A DNA stretch of 64,000 nt from Klebsormidium nitens (lineage: Eukaryota > Plantae > Klebsormidiophyceae). Made by a program: the position numbers and the translations under genes. A model generated the notes under the pieces. The model had not been told where the DNA came from, searched no databases, and saw nothing but the letters and a program-made list of their open reading frames with translations. The stretch is taken from contig DF237256.1 in NCBI GenBank assembly GCA_000708835.1, positions 2,738 to 66,737 of the forward strand, in the 5' to 3' direction. Each line of letters opens with the position of its first letter. Positions within the stretch are counted from its first letter, which is position 1. Shown here piece after piece: positions 59,751 to 64,000 of the stretch.

Positions 59751-62700
59751 TCACGCTTGGATGCTCCTTTCGTCTTCTCGCTCGTGCCCAGATGCTTTAA
59801 CAATCGCACTGAGGAGCGAGTTTTGTTCCGCTTGCAATACGGCGGGGCTGCCCTCTTCCGCCAACTGGCCCTTGTCCATGATGAGGATCCTGTCCGCCCC
59901 CAAAATGGAGCTGATCCGGTGGGCGATCGTGATCACGGTCATGTGTGCGCACTCTGTTTGTATGGTCGCCTGGAGACAGCAGATACTTGGGCCTTCAGAA
60001 AGAGGTTGCATTCGCCCAGAGATATACAATGCTTGATTACATATACAAACAAACGGGCAATTCAACAGGCGGACGAACCGTCAGAAACGCAGAGTCGATG
60101 CTAATGTGGACGGGAAACAGTGCCGTAAATCAGGTGGATACGGAAACGTACGGATGCGGACCGTCCGACGACTTCTGGAAACCGTGTGAGTCAAGTTAGG
60201 CACAGGTTAGAACTAAGACACCAGCATATCATACGGAACAAATAAGTATGCTGGTCAGCAGTCAATGGAAGGGCGTCTGGTTCCTAAATGGCAAGAACCC
60301 TCGATTCATCTGGGTCAAAGGATTGTACATTACGGGCAGAAAAGGCTCTGGCAATCGGCTAGTCGAACGCTGCAGCACGCGTAAGCTCTCTAGGCGCGAC
60401 CTTCTACCACCGCTCAATCTGCTCACTTTCGCATCCCACACTCACCCGGCTTTGGTAACATCTCCAGAAAACGCTTCGCGACCTGGGCCCCGAATGTCCG
60501 AAGCACTACCGACCTATGTTGATGTGCAATCGCTAACTTACTTAGATCATCATAGATATCAAAGTGTTCAGAAGTGCGATCCAGGAACTAGAGCGGCGCC
60601 GTTACCTCGATCAGCGCACTGGTTGCCGGGTCCACGTTGGCGGTGCACTCGTCCAGACAAAGAATCACCGACCGCCGGAGCAGGGCACGTGCGAGGCACA
60701 GCAGCTGACGCTGGCCCAACGATAGCGTGGCACCCCCCTCCGCCACCCGCGCGTCCAGACCCCCCAGCTGCGACACGGCCGCTGCCACGTGGCAGCTGCG
60801 GAGGACGTCCCAGAGGCGCGGGTCGGAACTGAGCCCGAAGGGGTCAAGATTCTCTCTGCAAGGAAAGAGAAGAGGCATCTGTGTAACACCTCGGCGCCGC
60901 ATTGTTCAGCTTTGCGAACGGTTTCTGCACAGCGGGATGTACTGAGAGTCTGAAGACGACAAGCTCAGCTAATGTTTGAGCAATCCGGTTCCTTCTTCAC
61001 GGCTACTACTATGTGAGATCGTCCCAGGACGGCCAGAAGTCCCCAGCAATCTCGAAGCTGCTCCTCCGCGTACGCCCTAGCAAAAGCTTCCCACCGCGGG
61101 GAAATGGCAAAAATTAGATGGAAACTGCTTCCTGCAATCCAAAGGCCATTCGCACAGCTGCAAAGTATAACCTGAACGTAGTCTCGAACTGCTTCACAAT
61201 CCTGCTGACGTCAAAGCAATATAAAGCCCCGCGTCGCCCGCCCACCTGACAGTCCCCTCGAAGAGGAAGGGGCTCTGCGGGATGACAGAGAGGCGTGCGC
61301 GCAGGTCCGCGAGCCGCAGCCCCGCCACGTCGACACCGTCCACGCAGATGTGACCCCCCGACAGCTCCGCCAGCCGGAAGAGGGCGACCAAAATGCTGGA
61401 CTTACCAGCCCCGGTTCGCCCAGCAATGCCCACCTGCGCACGGTTGTCCAATCATGAGGGACTGCCAGCGAGTATAAGACTCGACTCTATAATAAGACCA
61501 ATTTATAAGGAACGCGCGAAGGACGGATAGGGTTGGTCTAGTGATTAGGTGAGTTTGGGCGCGGAGCGGGTGATTGTTTGAGTTAAAGTTTTTAGTTTAT
61601 CCGAGCCCGGTAGAATGACCTTATTGTTTATGCGGCTAAGTTTTCTGAAATACAGACTCATCGAGCGAGTTGTACATCAAGGAAGCGACATTTGAAAATC
61701 GGTGACAAACTCCCTGAGCGAGTAGTCTGAGCGACGTAATGAAGAAGCGTTGAAGGAAAGAATGCATCCTATTCTGCATTAGGATACACCGATTTGCCGC
61801 ATTAGCGCGGCATGCTCGAGGAAGTCAACAGAGTGAAACATTGGCCTTTCACCAATCATGTCAATCTTCGGCGGAACTCAAGAGCATTCGAGTGGTCAGG
61901 ATACAACCGGCAGCAAGCTTCCAAAGGTGACGTTGAGAAAGTTTGAAAACCGGGCATAGGGACGCAGGGGTTCGGCATGTGCGAGCATAGATCGAGCATA
62001 AATCCAGCAGTCTTACCTTCTCTCCCCCTCGTATGGAGAACGACAGGTTCCGGAGGGCGGGAGGAAGGCCTTTCCGGTAGACCAACGTTACGTCATCAAA
62101 ATCCACGTGGCCGGAATTAGGCCACTTGGGCGGGGGCGGGGCGGTCGGGATTTTACTCTCAGGCTCCAAGTCGAGGTACTGCACGGACCGGATTTACATA
62201 TGAGAGCGTGCGTCGTCGAACTCACGACTCTAGGCTTTTGAGGATGACAGGAAAGCCGAGAATTAATGCACCTCCGCGCAAGAGGTAACGCCGAGTGACT
62301 GCTGCAGGATCTTTCACACAAAAGCGGTCGAGAACTGTCTAAACATTGAACTCTCCAGTGGACTCTGTTCCCTCTGCAAAAGCCAAAACCCCGACTTTTT
62401 GGAAGCGCCTAACATTCCCCCCCAGCACAATCTGGTGTCAGTGCAAACCACCTCAAACCTATGTCGTAACACCATTATCTTACAAAGTCCTCATCAAACA
62501 TCAGCTTTTTCACCTGCTGCACGCGCTCCACGGCGACCATCTCCTTCTCCGTCTCGGTGAAGGTCGCCAGCAGCCCGTTCAGTAGCTCCACGATCGGCAG
62601 CGCGTACGACAGGCCCAGCCCCACCAGGCCCGCGCTCCCCGCTGACGTCAGCAACATGCCCCGCGCCCCCCGCAGCGGCCTCGCGAAGACCGCGGCAAAG

Positions 62701-64000
62701 TGGGAGAGCAAGTCGCCCCAACCGAGACGCGGATTGCCCGGGTGGTTATCATACGCGTTGCCCACTTCAATCCAATATGGACGAATATACTGGTTCGCTG
62801 CCCGCTTTGCGAGCGCCCAAAGATAATCAAAAAGCGCCTCAAAGGGTTTTGGATGTTGGGAGAGCTGCTGCGTAAATCCGGGGGCTGTGGCGAGGTGTTT
62901 TTGCACGACGGCGGCCAGGGCAATGAACGTGATGACGACAGTGGCCATCATCTGGAGGCGCATGCCGAGCCACTTGGAGGCCGCCTCCTCGGCATATGCC
63001 GCGCGCACGTTGGCCGCCACGCGCGCTTCGTTCTCCGCTGCGAAGCGGGCCTGCAAAGCAGAAGCGAAGACGTGTGATTGCGCTGCCTTGTATTGAAGGG
63101 CGTTTCTCGGGGAGCCCACTGAGAATTGCGGTTTGAAACAGCGGGGTTTGCCGACTATTGTCACGACCTCTAACACTAGCAGATTATGACAGTACCGCGA
63201 AATTCAAACCTTGGAACTCGTCACCTTCCGGGCGGTAATGTCGCTTCTCGCAAGCGGCTGCTGACAAAATGAGCCGGCAGGTTGCCAACTTGAAGCAGCA
63301 TTGCAACCAAACGCCAAGATAACCGAGTCTGGATAGAGACATTTCCTTTTAGCGCCTGCACTTCTTGATCGCTTGTTGAAAGTTACCTGGGCACGGAACG
63401 CTCGTATGGTGGGTGCCCCCTCAAGCGCCTCGGTGAAGCCGGCATAGATGGGCGATCGAGAGAGGCTGTCTAGCCGCCGCACCTCGCGCGAAGTCGACCG
63501 GTAATACCGCTGCAGTTACGAAGCGTAGGTATGCTCAGATTGGCAGACTTCTCATTTTCAGCTCTTCCGCTTCTGCGTACAACCGCATACCTGTTGAAAA
63601 CAGACTTGCGTTCTCATTGTCTGAGCAACTCCAGGTTTCACCAAAGAGCGGACTCCTCTTTCCTGCTGACACTGCAGTCCGGTAAAAGGAATGCGTACCT
63701 GAGTGAGCACGACTCAGCAAACAATGCTTTGCTGCCCAGAGCCGCCCGTAACATGACTTCGCACCTGGAGACTGCGGTAGATGAAGGCTAGCGGGACCAG
63801 GAGCAGAACGAAGGCGGGCTGCGCGTAACAGAGGACGACCAGGATCCCCGCCAGCCGGAAGGCGCTCGCGAGGAAGATGTTCAGCATGAATGGCAGAGAG
63901 TCGTCTACCGTGTACTGATCCGACGAAAACCTGAGCGCCCACAAAGAAATGAAGTCAGAAATGTCCTGAGGCCAGGACGAAGATCCCCCTTGACACCTGC
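59751..64000 (-). CDS. ABCC13: ABC transporter C family (MRP; ABCC13/ABCC10-like), 3' half (TMD2 + NBD2); the gene continues beyond the window
   Basis: [57 protein letters not shown]...[16 protein letters not shown], Walker A GRTGAGKS, signature [16 protein letters not shown], Walker [20 protein letters not shown]. Stop at 59751-59753. Confidence 0.93.
61522..61610. repeat. Intronic element, copy D (degenerate telomere-like core)
   Basis: gacggatagggttgg...gcgcggagcgggtgatt...gtttttagtttatccgagc aligns with the copy A-C cores. Only weak inverted arms are present (12/17, 61489-61505 vs 61611-61627). Confidence 0.55.

Overview
Intron-rich eukaryotic nuclear DNA with GT-AG introns, GC-rich exons and two N-gaps. 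The plant-type gene set suggests a streptophyte green alga, possibly Klebsormidium-like (inference). Ten protein-coding loci can be supported: a FAD/berberine-bridge-like oxidoreductase (-), a secreted GH127/146 beta-L-arabinofuranosidase (-), NIP7 (+), HCF136/Ycf48 (-), a large orphan Pro/Glu-rich gene (+), MON2 (-), TPLATE-complex subunit TWD40-2 (+), MRNIP (-), a small hypothetical gene (+) and the 3' half of an ABCC13/ABCC10-like transporter (-). There is also an intron-containing tRNA-Tyr(GUA). The most unusual signals are non-coding. (1) A dispersed family of intronic stem-loop elements shares a conserved telomere-like G-rich core but has copy-specific inverted arms, and all four copies sit 30-55 nt from a splice site. 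(2) A 570-bp fold-back element lies between convergent genes. (3) A Tourist-like MITE is nested in another TIR element that carries ten perfect GGTAAGT (5' splice-site) motifs. (4) Exon-intron junctions are repeatedly duplicated into adjacent introns. There is no evidence for prokaryotic systems or CRISPR arrays.
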